From: an uncultured Prevotellaceae bacterium
GTDB taxonomy: Bacteria > Bacteroidota > Bacteroidia > Bacteroidales > Bacteroidaceae
Length of the DNA stretch: 64,000 bases
Assembly (NCBI GenBank): GCA_902800185.1
Contig: CADCDK010000002.1
Coordinates: 49,651-113,650 of the forward strand
Reading direction: 5' to 3'
Position 1 is the stretch's first letter; each line of letters begins with the position of its first letter. Under the pieces are notes generated by a model. It saw only the letters and a list, made by a program, of their open reading frames with translations, had not been told where the DNA came from and made no database searches. Below, piece by piece: positions 1 through 9,788 of the stretch. Both the position numbers and the translations under genes were made by a program.

Positions 1-1479
1 TGCCGACAGTTCAAAGTTCCATCGCTTGGAGAGTACCCAGCTGCGCCCGAAGGTGCCGCCGAATGAGAAAAACTCTCCTTGGTCGCCGTTGCTGTTCCAC
101 TCGAAGTCGTACTTTCCGCCGGCAGCGTAAGCGCCAACGAATGTTCCTGTGAGCAGGGGTCGCTCGTAGCATTTGCCAAGCCATCTCCTAAGTTCCAGTC
201 CCATGGCCCAGAGCTCATAGGCTCGGGAGTTGTGATGCCATACATACCACGGGAACCAGTCTTCTGCCATGATGCTCCACTCCTTGTTTCGTCCGAAAGG
301 AATCTCCACCTCGAAGTTGAAGCACAGAGCTGCGTCAAGCAGCAGGTTGGTCTTCAGAGCCCAGGCGGGGTTGTAGGGCTTGAGGTTTGGCATCGCGCAC
401 GGCCCCACGTAGTCGATGGTTGGTATCTGCCAGATGGTGTCGTTGTGCGCCTTTTCTATTTCTTTGACCTTGCGGTACTCATAGTCGATGGTGTAGTCGG
501 AGTGTCGCAGATAGGGCAACGAGTTCTTGAAGATGTCTGCATAGTCCTCCTTGTACGTCTTCTTGATGAGCAACAGCTTGGGATCGGGTTCCAGATCGCT
601 GTCGATGATGTCCAGAATCTCCTTTTTGTGGGGTAAGCTGGATTCTTCGACGTATTGTCGCAGTCCTGGCCAATCCTCGGGCTCGAAGGTGTTGCTGACG
701 AGTGTTGAGTCGATGCCGTGGTTCGATATGACATAGTCGCGCAGCGATTTGCTTCGTCCTCGTGCCAGACGCACGTTGTTTTGATACGGGCCTTCTGGCG
801 ATGCCCATCCTTTGATCTCGATGCTTGTGATATGTACTGTTGAGTCCTGTAGCAGCGAGTCGATAGCATGGTCTATTTTGGATAACTCTACCTTGTTGTT
901 GTGGTATTCGGGTTTGATTTCCGTCCGGTTGAGAACAAAGTCCACGTAGGCCCGCCCTTCGACAACGCCTTTGCTGACTTCGATAATCGGTTCCTCGTGT
1001 ACGACTTGAGAAACGGCACCGTATCCTTGCAATCTGATGATATCCTGGCCAGTCGCACCCAAGCAAAGCCTGTTGGTCTCTATCGTTACCTGTACGTCGG
1101 CACGATCCATCCATGGCTCATAGGCCATCGTATGGCAGTATTCCAGTGCTTCCGGCTTGTTTTTATCTCGAATTTTATAGTCTCTTTCCTCCTGTATAGG
1201 GTTGTTCCCTGAACGTATGAAATAATAGTAGGGCTCGCGTCCATAGATGCCTACCGACGGCAGCTCCATCGTGTCTTGGGCGTTGGCAAGTGTCAGCCTG
1301 ATGAGCAGAATCTCCTTTCTGTCCACCATCAGCTCTTTCAGGTTGATAGGCATGGTCACTCTCACAGAGTCAGAGATTCTGTATAGCTTAACGCTTTTTT
1401 GTTCAACAATGTGCTGTGCGTGAATTGTCAACGCGCCAACTAAAAGTGCCATGACGAGATGTATGTATCTCACATTCAT
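1..1479 (-). CDS. DUF3868/OmpA-like + DUF3575 beta-barrel fusion protein (partial, runs off window start)
   Basis: Not in the ORF track because it has no stop in the window. Read manually as an open frame from ATG at 1479: signal-like MNVRYIHLVMALLVGALTIHAQ; OmpA-like GRAYVDF..N..EL..I..IKGWASPEGPYQNNVRLARGRSKSLRDY..EPEDW; then DUF3575-like WALKTNLLLDAALCFNFEVEI..WFPWYVW..GGKYDFEW..QGEFFSFG. Confidence 0.8.
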   Translation of the reverse strand, partial: MNVRYIHLVMALLVGALTIHAQHIVEQKSVKLYRISDSVRVTMPINLKELMVDRKEILLIRLTLANAQDTMELPSVGIYGREPYYYFIRSGNNPIQEERDYKIRDKNKPEALEYCHTMAYEPWMDRADVQVTIETNRLCLGATGQDIIRLQGYGAVSQVVHEEPIIEVSKGVVEGRAYVDFVLNRTEIKPEYHNNKVELSKIDHAIDSLLQDSTVHITSIEIKGWASPEGPYQNNVRLARGRSKSLRDYVISNHGIDSTLVSNTFEPEDWPGLRQYVEESSLPHKKEILDIIDSDLEPDPKLLLIKKTYKEDYADIFKNSLPYLRHSDYTIDYEYRKVKEIEKAHNDTIWQIPTIDYVGPCAMPNLKPYNPAWALKTNLLLDAALCFNFEVEIPFGRNKEWSIMAEDWFPWYVWHHNSRAYELWAMGLELRRWLGKCYERPLLTGTFVGAYAAGGKYDFEWNSNGDQGEFFSFGGTFGRSWVLSKRWNFELSA

Positions 1480-1613
1480 GCCATGTTTTTCTTTTTGCGG
1501 GTGCAAAATTACATCTAATAATGATACGTTGTTTTTTTACACTTGTATAATTAAGCATTTTTGACACAAAGACAGGCGATTTAGCGTTATTTATACTATG
1601 TTAACCACTTTTC

Positions 1614-4376
1614 TTAGTGTGCTTCGAGCCAATTGTCGCCCCAACCGCAGTCGGCAACGAGGGGGACGAGTAGGGGATAGGCGTTCTGCATCTCCTCGAG
1701 TACCAGTTTCTCCATCCGCTCTCGCTCATCGGGATAGACGGAGAAGTTCAGTTCGTCGTGGACCTGCAGAATCATCTTGCTCTTGAGACCTTCTTCTTTC
1801 ATCCTGCGGGAGATGCGGATCATCGCCACCTTGATGATGTCGGCGGCCGAGCCTTGTATGGGGGCGTTGATGGCATTGCGCTCGGCGAAGTTGCGCACGG
1901 TGGCGTTGTGGGAGTTGATGTCGGGCAAATAACGGCGACGGTGGAAGACGGTCTCGGCATAGCCGCGCTCACGTGCCACCTGCTTCGACTGCTCCATGTA
2001 GGCATGTACCTGTGGGAAGGTGTCGAAGAAACCATTAATGAGGCTGCGGGCCTCGTCGCGGGAGATGTCGAGTCGCTCGGCAAGTCCGAAGATGGTGATA
2101 CCGTAGATGATACCGAAATTGGCGCGTTTGGACTTGGTACGCTCGTCACGAGTCACGTCGGTAATGTCTTTCTTATAAATGTTCGCTGCGGTAGCGGCAT
2201 GCAGATCCTTGCCTTCTCGGAAGACGTTGAGCATCTCGGGGTCTTGTGAGAGATGTGCCATGACACGCAGTTCGATTTGACTGTAATCCGCTGAAAAGAA
2301 TTGACAACCAGGCTCGGGAATGAAACACTTGCGAATTTCCTTTCCATCCTCGCCACGCACGGGGATGTTTTGAAGGTTCGGGTCAGAGGAGGAGAGGCGC
2401 CCAGTGGCTGTTACTGCCTGGTTGAAGGAGGTGTGGATGTGTCCTGTGCGGGGGTTGATGAGCTTGGGGAGTGCGTCAACATAGGTGCCCAACAGCTTCT
2501 TTAAACCTCTGTAAGCCAAAATGTTGTCGATGATGGGATGTTTGGTGCGCAGCTGTTGCAACACCTCCTCGGAGGTGACAAACTGTCCCGTCTTGGTCTT
2601 CTTGGGCTTTTCAATGATTTTCATCTTTCCGAAGAGGATGTCACCCACTTGCTTGGGTGAGGAGATGTTGAACTGTTCTCCTGCCTGTTCGTATATCTGG
2701 GCTTCCAGTTGCAGCATTCTCTCGGTGAAAAGTTTTGACGTTTCCTGTAGCGCCTGAGTATCGATGATGACACCGTTCATCTCCATTTCCGCCAGCACCG
2801 GCATGAGGGGCATCTCGATTTCGTAGAAGAGTTTCTCAAATCCAGACTCCTTCAGTTTCTCTTCTAACACGTTCTTCAGCCGGAGGGTGATGTCGGCATC
2901 CTCGGCAGCATACTCGTAAACTTCAGTAGGGGAGAGGTCGCGCATGCTCCGTTGGCCACGTCCACGTGCTCCGATGAGCTCATCGATGTGGATGGTCTGG
3001 TAGTTCAGATAGACCTCAGCCATGTAGTCCATGTTGTGACGAAGCTCGGGTTGCAGTACGTAGTGGGCGAGCATCGTGTCGAACATCTCACCTTGGAGAT
3101 GAACACCATAGTTGTGGAGCACCTCGAGGTCGTACTTCAGATTCTGACCGATTTTCAAGATTTTCGGGTCTTCATACACCTCTTTAAATATATTAACAAT
3201 CGTTTGTGCTTGTTCACGTTCAGCGGGAACGGGCACATAAAATGCCTTTCCGGGTTCGACAGAGAAGCTTAAACCGACCAATTCTGCCTCGATGGCATTG
3301 GTTGAAGTGGTCTCCGTGTCTAAACTGAGAATTTGTTTTGTCCTAAAAAAGTCACAAAGTGCGACGGCATCCTTTTGATTTTCAATGAGTTTGTAATCGT
3401 GAGGCGTTGTTTTTAGGCTTTCAAAACTCGCATTTTTTTGAACTTCTGGACTCGCGGGCGCAAATTCTGCGAATAAATCAAGCTGTGCGTTAACAGGTTT
3501 TGTTGTATTTTCAGTTTTGTTAAGAACCTTGTTCAAGAGGGTCTTAAACTCCAGCTCGGTGAAAAGTTTCCGAAGTTTCTCCTCGTCGGGTGACTGTAGT
3601 TTCAGTTCGTCCAAGTTGAATGGGATGGGAACATCTGTTCGGATGGTGGCGAGGAATTTCGACATACGGATGTCATCGACAGCGGCTTCGACTTTCTCAC
3701 GCAATTTTCCTTTGATGTCGGTGGAGTGGAGTAGGAGATTGTCGATGGAACCGAACTCATTGATGAGTTTGGCGGCTGTTTTCTCACCGACACCCGGACA
3801 GCCCGGGAAGTTATCGGCGGAGTCACCCATGAGGGCAAGCAGGTCAACCACTTGACTGGTCGATGTGATGCCGTACTTTTCGCATACCTCCTCGGGTCCC
3901 ATCTTCTCATATCCTCCTCCGTGGCGAGGTCGGAACTGGAAAACATTCTCGCGAACCAGTTGTCCATAGTCCTTGTCGGGCGTCAACATGTAGGTCTCAA
4001 TACCCATTTCTCCCGATTTCATCGCCAATGTGCCAATCACGTCATCGGCCTCGAAGCCGTCTGCCTGCAGGCAGGGGATGCGGAACGCATCGAGGATTTC
4101 CTTGATGATGGGGACGGAAAGGCGTATGTCCTCGGGTGTCTCTTCGCGTTGCGCCTTGTATTGCGGAAAGGCTTCGTGTCGGAAGGTCAGTCCGTGGTCA
4201 AAGGCCACACCGATATGGGTGGGCTGTTCCTTGCTCAGTATCTCGTTGAGGGTGTTCACAAAGCCGAGAATCGCCGACGTATTCAGACCCTTGGAGTTGA
4301 TGCGTGGGTTCTTGATAAAGGCATAATAAGAGCGGTAGATGAGCGCATAGGCATCTAAAAGAAAGAGTTTCTGCAT
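1614..4376 (-). CDS. polA: DNA polymerase I
   Basis: MQKLFLLDAYALIYRSYYA 5'-3' exonuclease, LDTETT 3'-5' exonuclease, TATGRLSSSDPNLQNIP, ADYSQIELRVMAH, LQVHDEL. Start moved to ATG 4376. Confidence 0.97.
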   Translation of the reverse strand: MQKLFLLDAYALIYRSYYAFIKNPRINSKGLNTSAILGFVNTLNEILSKEQPTHIGVAFDHGLTFRHEAFPQYKAQREETPEDIRLSVPIIKEILDAFRIPCLQADGFEADDVIGTLAMKSGEMGIETYMLTPDKDYGQLVRENVFQFRPRHGGGYEKMGPEEVCEKYGITSTSQVVDLLALMGDSADNFPGCPGVGEKTAAKLINEFGSIDNLLLHSTDIKGKLREKVEAAVDDIRMSKFLATIRTDVPIPFNLDELKLQSPDEEKLRKLFTELEFKTLLNKVLNKTENTTKPVNAQLDLFAEFAPASPEVQKNASFESLKTTPHDYKLIENQKDAVALCDFFRTKQILSLDTETTSTNAIEAELVGLSFSVEPGKAFYVPVPAEREQAQTIVNIFKEVYEDPKILKIGQNLKYDLEVLHNYGVHLQGEMFDTMLAHYVLQPELRHNMDYMAEVYLNYQTIHIDELIGARGRGQRSMRDLSPTEVYEYAAEDADITLRLKNVLEEKLKESGFEKLFYEIEMPLMPVLAEMEMNGVIIDTQALQETSKLFTERMLQLEAQIYEQAGEQFNISSPKQVGDILFGKMKIIEKPKKTKTGQFVTSEEVLQQLRTKHPIIDNILAYRGLKKLLGTYVDALPKLINPRTGHIHTSFNQAVTATGRLSSSDPNLQNIPVRGEDGKEIRKCFIPEPGCQFFSADYSQIELRVMAHLSQDPEMLNVFREGKDLHAATAANIYKKDITDVTRDERTKSKRANFGIIYGITIFGLAERLDISRDEARSLINGFFDTFPQVHAYMEQSKQVARERGYAETVFHRRRYLPDINSHNATVRNFAERNAINAPIQGSAADIIKVAMIRISRRMKEEGLKSKMILQVHDELNFSVYPDERERMEKLVLEEMQNAYPLLVPLVADCGWGDNWLEAH

Positions 4377-4463
4377 GTTTTTATTCGTTTTATGGTGTAA
4401 AATTACGAAAAATTTGTGATTAATCCCGAGGAAATCATTAATTTTGTAACAAATTTCTACATT

Positions 4464-5441
4464 ATGGATTATCTGGAGCTCATCAAACAACCGATTACTA
4501 CTGAACTCAATGACTTTATTGCCATGTTCAACGAGTCGTTGACGCATGGCGAAGGTATGTTGTCGAAGGCACTGGAACACATCCGCCAGCGTGCCGGCAA
4601 ACGGATGCGACCCATTCTGATTCTGCTGATGGCAAAGAACTTCGGCGAGGTGAACGAATCGACCTTGCGTGCCGCTGTGGGATTGGAGCTGTTGCATACG
4701 GCAAGTCTTGTCCACGATGATGTGGTTGACGAGAGTAAGGAGCGGCGTGGTCAGGCCTCGGTGAATGCCTCGTATGATAATAAGGTGGCGGTGCTGGTGG
4801 GCGACTTCATCCTTTCGACAGCGTTGCTGAACGTGGCCAAGACGGGTAGCCAGCGTATTGTGGAGGATCTGGCAGAGTTGGGAAGAACCTTGTCAAACGG
4901 TGAGATCCTACAGCTGACGAACATTCAGAATCAGGAGATTTCGGAGGAAGTTTATTACCAGGTGATCAAACAGAAGACGGCTGCTCTTTTCGAAGCCTGT
5001 GCGGGTATAGGCGCTCTTTCCACCGGTGGTTCCGAGGAGGATGTCGTGGCTGCCAGGCTGTTCGGACAGAATCTGGGCATCATCTTCCAGATTCGTGACG
5101 ATATTTTCGACTATTATGACTCCAAAGAGATCGGTAAACCGACTGGCAACGATATGGCCGAAGGAAAGCTTACGTTGCCAGTGATATATGCTTTGCGCTC
5201 CACGCAGGATGCAGAGATGCTTCAGTTGGCGCAGAAAGTGAAGAATCTGACGGTTTCATCGGATGAGATTGCACGTCTCGTTGCGTTTACCAAGGCGAAT
5301 GGCGGCATAGAATATGCCGAGCAGCGCATGCGTGATTTCCATCGTGAGGCCATGAGATTCCTGGATGAAAGGGTGGGGGACACCATGCTTCGACAGGCAT
5401 TGGGTGCCTATCTCGACTTTGTCATTGCACGAAACAATTAG
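4464..5441 (+). CDS. polyprenyl diphosphate synthase (IspB-like)
   Basis: GKRMRP, first motif LVHDDVVD, second motif FQIRDDIFD, GKPTGNDMAEGKLTLP. Confidence 0.92.
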   Translation: MDYLELIKQPITTELNDFIAMFNESLTHGEGMLSKALEHIRQRAGKRMRPILILLMAKNFGEVNESTLRAAVGLELLHTASLVHDDVVDESKERRGQASVNASYDNKVAVLVGDFILSTALLNVAKTGSQRIVEDLAELGRTLSNGEILQLTNIQNQEISEEVYYQVIKQKTAALFEACAGIGALSTGGSEEDVVAARLFGQNLGIIFQIRDDIFDYYDSKEIGKPTGNDMAEGKLTLPVIYALRSTQDAEMLQLAQKVKNLTVSSDEIARLVAFTKANGGIEYAEQRMRDFHREAMRFLDERVGDTMLRQALGAYLDFVIARNN

Positions 5442-5454
5442 TCTTTATACGAAA

Positions 5455-5490
5455 GAGGATGCGTCAGAACCGTAGTTTTGACGCATCCTC
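5455..5490. terminator. inverted repeat / bidirectional terminator between convergent genes
   Basis: GAGGATGCGTCA-GAACCGTAGTTT-TGACGCATCCTC, perfect 12-bp arms. Confidence 0.7.
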
Positions 5491-5511
5491 CAACTTCATA
5501 ATTTCTTGTTC

Positions 5512-6405
5512 TTAGAAGAACTTCACTTCCTTGCCTTCCAGTTCACTCAGCAACAGGTTGGCAAGACGGCTGGTGCCTAAGCGGAACAGCTCGTTGGTGA
5601 GCCACTTCTCTCCTAATACTTCCTTCACGATGGTGTAGTAGGTGAGGGCATCCATCACGGTGTTAATGCCGCCAGCGGGCTTCAAACCCACCTGAATGCC
5701 GGTCTCATCATAGTACTCCTTAATAGCCTGACACATCACATATACGGCCTCGGGAGTAGCGGAGATTTTCTCCTTGCCGGTAGAGGTCTTGATATAGTCG
5801 GCACCGGCATACATCGACAGGATAGAGGCAATCTTGATATTGGATGCAGAGCCCAGGTCGCCGGTTTCCAGAATCACCTTCATGGGCACTTCGCCACAGG
5901 CGGCTTTCTGCTCCTGAATCTCCTCACAAACGGTCTCGTAATCACCACTGAGGAACTCGCCGACGTGGAGCACGATGTCAACGTTCTTGGCACCATCGCG
6001 AATGGCTAATGCGGTCTCGGCCACCTTGATTTCCATCAGGGCCTGTGAAGAAGGAAAGGCACCGCTTACGCAGGTAGGAATGACACCTTCCACTTCCAAA
6101 GACTCACTCACGAGCTTGGTGAAACGAGGGTAGGTGACCACCGTTGCCACATGGGGCATGTCGGGATAGTCGTGTGCGAACTTGTTGACTTTCTCCACTA
6201 ACTTCAGCACGCTCTCTGCGGAATCAACGGTCGTCAGCGTTGTCAGTTCAATGCTACCGAACATGAAGCGTTTTACTTCCTCATTGTCGTTTTGGGGAAC
6301 TTTCTCGGCAATGATTTTCTTCACCGCCTCGCGCACTTGAGCGTCGTCAATCTGAGTGTTGTACTTGCTCAGTGCCTGTTCAATCTTACTCATTACTTTT
6401 TCCAT
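5512..6405 (-). CDS. deoC: deoxyribose-phosphate aldolase
   Basis: IELTTL, MKVILETG, ADYIKTSTGK, GLKPAGGI, FRLGTSRL. Confidence 0.93.
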   Translation of the reverse strand: MEKVMSKIEQALSKYNTQIDDAQVREAVKKIIAEKVPQNDNEEVKRFMFGSIELTTLTTVDSAESVLKLVEKVNKFAHDYPDMPHVATVVTYPRFTKLVSESLEVEGVIPTCVSGAFPSSQALMEIKVAETALAIRDGAKNVDIVLHVGEFLSGDYETVCEEIQEQKAACGEVPMKVILETGDLGSASNIKIASILSMYAGADYIKTSTGKEKISATPEAVYVMCQAIKEYYDETGIQVGLKPAGGINTVMDALTYYTIVKEVLGEKWLTNELFRLGTSRLANLLLSELEGKEVKFF

Positions 6406-6440
6406 GATGTTTTGATTTATAGTTTGAAATAGTCTAATAT

Positions 6441-6788
6441 TCAGTCCTGTAACTTTTTGTTCTCTATGTGTCGAAGTGCATCGCGACGGGTCTTTTTCTC
6501 GATGTTTTTACGCAGCTCCTCGGTAAGGTTGACACCCGTCTGGTTGGCCAGACAGAGTAGTACCCACAGGACGTCCGCCATCTCTTCTCCCAGGGCTTCC
6601 CGACCGTTGTCGGCGGCTCGTGGATCGGAAGATTTCCACGACTGCTCTCCATAGCGACGGCTGATGATACGTGCCAGTTCGCCAACCTCCTCGGTGAGCA
6701 CAGCCATGTTCGTCAGCTCGGAGAAATAACGCACGCCATACTCTCTGATCCACTTATCTACTGCCTGTTGTGCCTCTTGAATTGTCAT
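6441..6788 (-). CDS. MazG-like nucleotide pyrophosphohydrolase (YpjD-like)
   Basis: YFSELTNMAVLTEEVGELAR, EEMADVLWVLLCLANQTG. Confidence 0.9.
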   Translation of the reverse strand: MTIQEAQQAVDKWIREYGVRYFSELTNMAVLTEEVGELARIISRRYGEQSWKSSDPRAADNGREALGEEMADVLWVLLCLANQTGVNLTEELRKNIEKKTRRDALRHIENKKLQD

Positions 6789-6797
6789 CTTTATTCC

Positions 6798-7250
6798 TTA
6801 TTCTTTGTTCTTCGTATCCATGCAAATCGTGACAGGGCCGTCGTTGACGAGCTCCACTTTCATGTCTGCCCCGAACTCTCCCGTCTTGACCTCTTGTCCC
6901 AGTAATTCGCTCAGACGCGCACAGAAGGCCTCGTAGAGGGGGATAGAGACCTCGTGACGGGCTGCACGGAGCCATGACGGACGGTTGCCTTTCTTGTAGC
7001 TTGCGAAGAGTGTAAACTGGCTTACGACCAGTATCTCGCCGCCCACATCGAGAATGGAACGGTTCATCACGCCCGCTGTTTCATTGAAAACACGCAGGTT
7101 AACGACTTTGCGTACCAGCCAGTCTATATCATCTGTCGTGTCGCTTTCTTCAATGCCAAGCAGGATGAGGAAACCTTCTCCGATGCTTGCTTTCTGATGC
7201 TGGTCAATCGTGACGCTGGCGCGGCTCACGCGCTGGATAACGATTCTCAT
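6798..7250 (-). CDS. dtd: D-aminoacyl-tRNA deacylase
   Basis: MRIVIQRVSRASV, LVVSQFTL, GNRPS, ELVNDGPVT. Confidence 0.95.
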   Translation of the reverse strand: MRIVIQRVSRASVTIDQHQKASIGEGFLILLGIEESDTTDDIDWLVRKVVNLRVFNETAGVMNRSILDVGGEILVVSQFTLFASYKKGNRPSWLRAARHEVSIPLYEAFCARLSELLGQEVKTGEFGADMKVELVNDGPVTICMDTKNKE

Positions 7251-7268
7251 GTTGCAAATATACGATTA

Positions 7269-9119
7269 TTATTTGACTTCTGAGCTTTCTGGATGAAAAA
7301 AGTTATAGACAAGTTGTGCTTTAGAATGTCCTATTACCTCTGTAAGTTGTTGAATATCAGCTGATTCCACTCTCTTTACACTCTTAAAATGACTCATAAG
7401 CGCTTCGCGAGTCTTGGGTCCGATGCCCCGCACATCGTCAAGTGTGCTGTGAAGGGCGTGTTTCGAGCGTTTGTCGCGGTGGAAGGAGATGGCATAGCGG
7501 TGTACTTCGTCCTGGATGCGTGTCAATGCATGGAAGAGTTCACTTTTGACATCCAGACCAATGGTTAGCGGAGGGTTGCCGTAGAGCAGCTCATTGGTGC
7601 GGTGACGGCTGTCCTTTGCGAGTCCTGCAATGGGTATCTGCAGGCCCAGTTCTCCCTCGATAACGGCACGTACAACACTCATTTGACCCAGTCCTCCATC
7701 CGTGATAATCAGGTCGGGTAGTGCCTCTGGATCTTCCTCCATCATACGGCTGTAGCGGCGTCGTACCACCTCCTGCATGGAAGCGTAGTCGTCAGGGCCC
7801 TCAACGGTCTTGATATTGTACTTCCGATAGTCGCTTTTCGAGGGTTTCATAGCCTTGAAAACAACGCACCCAGCCACGGCATCAGAACCGGAAATGTTGC
7901 TGTTGTCGAAGCATTCGATCCGGTAGGGGAGTTTGGGCAGCTGAAGCTTCTCCTGTAACTCTTTCATCAGGCGAGTCTGCTTCTGTTCGGGGTTGAGTTT
8001 CTCGGCTTGTTTCAGACGGTCGAACTTGTATTGTTTGCCGTTCATTTCCGACAGGTCCAAGAGACTCTTTTTGTCACCTCGCTGAGGGATAAAGAAGGTC
8101 GCGTCAGCTAATTTCCAGTCCATCTCAAAGGGTACGATGACCTCTTTTGCATGGCTTTGGAAGCGTTGTCGAATCTCTGGGATTGCAGTCAGCAAAAGCT
8201 CTTGATCACTTTCGTCGAGCTTCCGTTTATACTCAAAGGTAAAGCTCTGATTGATGGTGCCGTTCATCACATGAATGTAGTTGATGAAAGCATTCTTCCG
8301 ACTGTCATCATCAACAATGGTAAAGACATCAACATCGGTGATGGTATGGCTTACGACCTCGCTCTTGGCACAGAAACTGTCTAATGCCAAATAACGGTTT
8401 TTCAGTACTTCTGCATCCTCAAAACGTAGTTCTTCGGCGGCTGTCTGCATCTCCTCGTAGAGCATGCGCTGCACCTCTCTTGTTTTACCTTTTAATATCT
8501 CTCTTGCCTGCGCAATGTTGTGTTGGTAGTTGTCATAACTTTGGCGGTCTATACAAGGCCCGTCACAGTTGTGAATGTGGTATTCCAGACAGGGCTTGAA
8601 TTTACCTTGGAGGATGCTTTCCCTGTTCAGTGGCAGACGACACGTTCGAGGCTTGTAGAGCTTCTTGATCAGGTCGAGAATCGCATACATGCTGGAGATG
8701 TGAGAGTAGGGACCGTAGTAAGTTCCAAAGCGCTTGTTGATGGTGCGCGTTTTGAAGATACGGGGATACATTTCGTTGGTAACGCAGATGCTGGGGTAGG
8801 TCTTCCCGTCTTTCAACAGCACGTTGTAACGAGGATTATACTTCTTGATAAGACTGTTTTCTAAGAGTAAGGCATCCTCTTCTGTGTTGACAACGGTATA
8901 TGAAAGGTCGTGTATTTTACTAACCAGCACCTTGGTCTTGAATCGATCCACCTCTTTATGAAAATAGGAAGAGACACGGCTCTTGAGTTTCTTGGCCTTG
9001 CCTACATATATTATATTGTGCTCGTCGTCATAGAATTGGTAGCTGCCAGGTTTCTCTGGCATGCTCAACACGATTCCTTTCAGATAGCTCAATCGCTTCT
9101 CGTTCTCTTCCTTTGTCAT
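7269..9119 (-). CDS. uvrC: excinuclease ABC subunit C
   Basis: GIY-YIG-like PGSYQF..IYVGKAK, RIECFDNSN, DLIITDGGLGQ, RIQDEVHRYAI, HhH GIGPKT. Confidence 0.96.
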   Translation of the reverse strand: MTKEENEKRLSYLKGIVLSMPEKPGSYQFYDDEHNIIYVGKAKKLKSRVSSYFHKEVDRFKTKVLVSKIHDLSYTVVNTEEDALLLENSLIKKYNPRYNVLLKDGKTYPSICVTNEMYPRIFKTRTINKRFGTYYGPYSHISSMYAILDLIKKLYKPRTCRLPLNRESILQGKFKPCLEYHIHNCDGPCIDRQSYDNYQHNIAQAREILKGKTREVQRMLYEEMQTAAEELRFEDAEVLKNRYLALDSFCAKSEVVSHTITDVDVFTIVDDDSRKNAFINYIHVMNGTINQSFTFEYKRKLDESDQELLLTAIPEIRQRFQSHAKEVIVPFEMDWKLADATFFIPQRGDKKSLLDLSEMNGKQYKFDRLKQAEKLNPEQKQTRLMKELQEKLQLPKLPYRIECFDNSNISGSDAVAGCVVFKAMKPSKSDYRKYNIKTVEGPDDYASMQEVVRRRYSRMMEEDPEALPDLIITDGGLGQMSVVRAVIEGELGLQIPIAGLAKDSRHRTNELLYGNPPLTIGLDVKSELFHALTRIQDEVHRYAISFHRDKRSKHALHSTLDDVRGIGPKTREALMSHFKSVKRVESADIQQLTEVIGHSKAQLVYNFFHPESSEVK

Positions 9120-9157
9120 CTTGTAATCCTTTGTTACACAGGCTTTCCCTTATTCTT

Positions 9158-9173
9158 TGTTTCACGTGGAACA
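9158..9173. promoter_or_regulatory. parS centromere-like site
   Basis: TGTTTCACGTGGAACA, one mismatch to the palindromic consensus TGTTTCACGTGAAACA; intergenic. Confidence 0.85.
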
Positions 9174-9208
9174 CTCTGCACGTTGTGTGACACACAGCTT
9201 CCAGCAAG

Positions 9209-9736
9209 CTAAATCGTCATGAGGGTTGTGAGTTCGATTCCCTCAAACAAGTCGCGTCCGTGCAGTCCTTCGTCGGTAATTTCAATGATGAAGTTGATAT
9301 AGACCTTTTTGGGATGGAAGTGGTTAACCAATTTCCATGTGGCCTTCGCGGTTCCTCCTGTGGCTAAAAGATCATCGTGAATGAGAACCACGTCGTCCGG
9401 TGTGATGGAGTCAATGTGCATCTCCACTGTGTCAACACCATACTCTTTTGAGAATTGTTCTTTGATGACCGTTGCAGGAAGTTTTCCTGGTTTTCTTGCC
9501 AAAACAACACCACATCCCAAGCGACCGGCAAGGGCAGAGGCCATGATGAAGCCGCGACTTTCGATGCCAACAATCTTTGTGATTCCTTTGTCCTTGTATA
9601 GCTCATACAGTTCGTCAAGCATGATCTTCATGCACTCGGCATTTTTGTAGAGTGTGGTTACGTCTCTGAAGTTGATGCCTTTCTTTGGAAAGTCGGGGAT
9701 GCATCGTAGATTTTCTAATAAGACTTTGTTATTCAT
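9209..9736 (-). CDS. apt: adenine phosphoribosyltransferase
   Basis: IPDFPKKGINFRDVTTL, GIESRGF, RKPGKLP, LIHDDLLATGGT. Confidence 0.95.
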   Translation of the reverse strand: MNNKVLLENLRCIPDFPKKGINFRDVTTLYKNAECMKIMLDELYELYKDKGITKIVGIESRGFIMASALAGRLGCGVVLARKPGKLPATVIKEQFSKEYGVDTVEMHIDSITPDDVVLIHDDLLATGGTAKATWKLVNHFHPKKVYINFIIEITDEGLHGRDLFEGIELTTLMTI

Positions 9737-9769
9737 AATTATTTGTTTTTGATGGTTAAGCGATAGATT

Positions 9770-9785
9770 TGTTTCACGTGAAACA
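9770..9785. promoter_or_regulatory. parS centromere-like site
   Basis: Perfect palindrome TGTTTCACGTGAAACA just downstream of mnmG. Confidence 0.9.
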
Positions 9786-9788
9786 CTC

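Noticed and set aside
79-1212. Short ORFs listed at the window start
   Set aside because: They overlap the real minus-strand gene at 1-1479, which the track missed because it has no stop in the window.
4377-4715. N-terminal extensions in the ORF track (polA, mnmG, pgeF, dusB, OmpA, second GNAT, ORF 34379)
   Set aside because: They run through promoters or neighbouring genes. Downstream ATG/TTG codons match the family N-termini.
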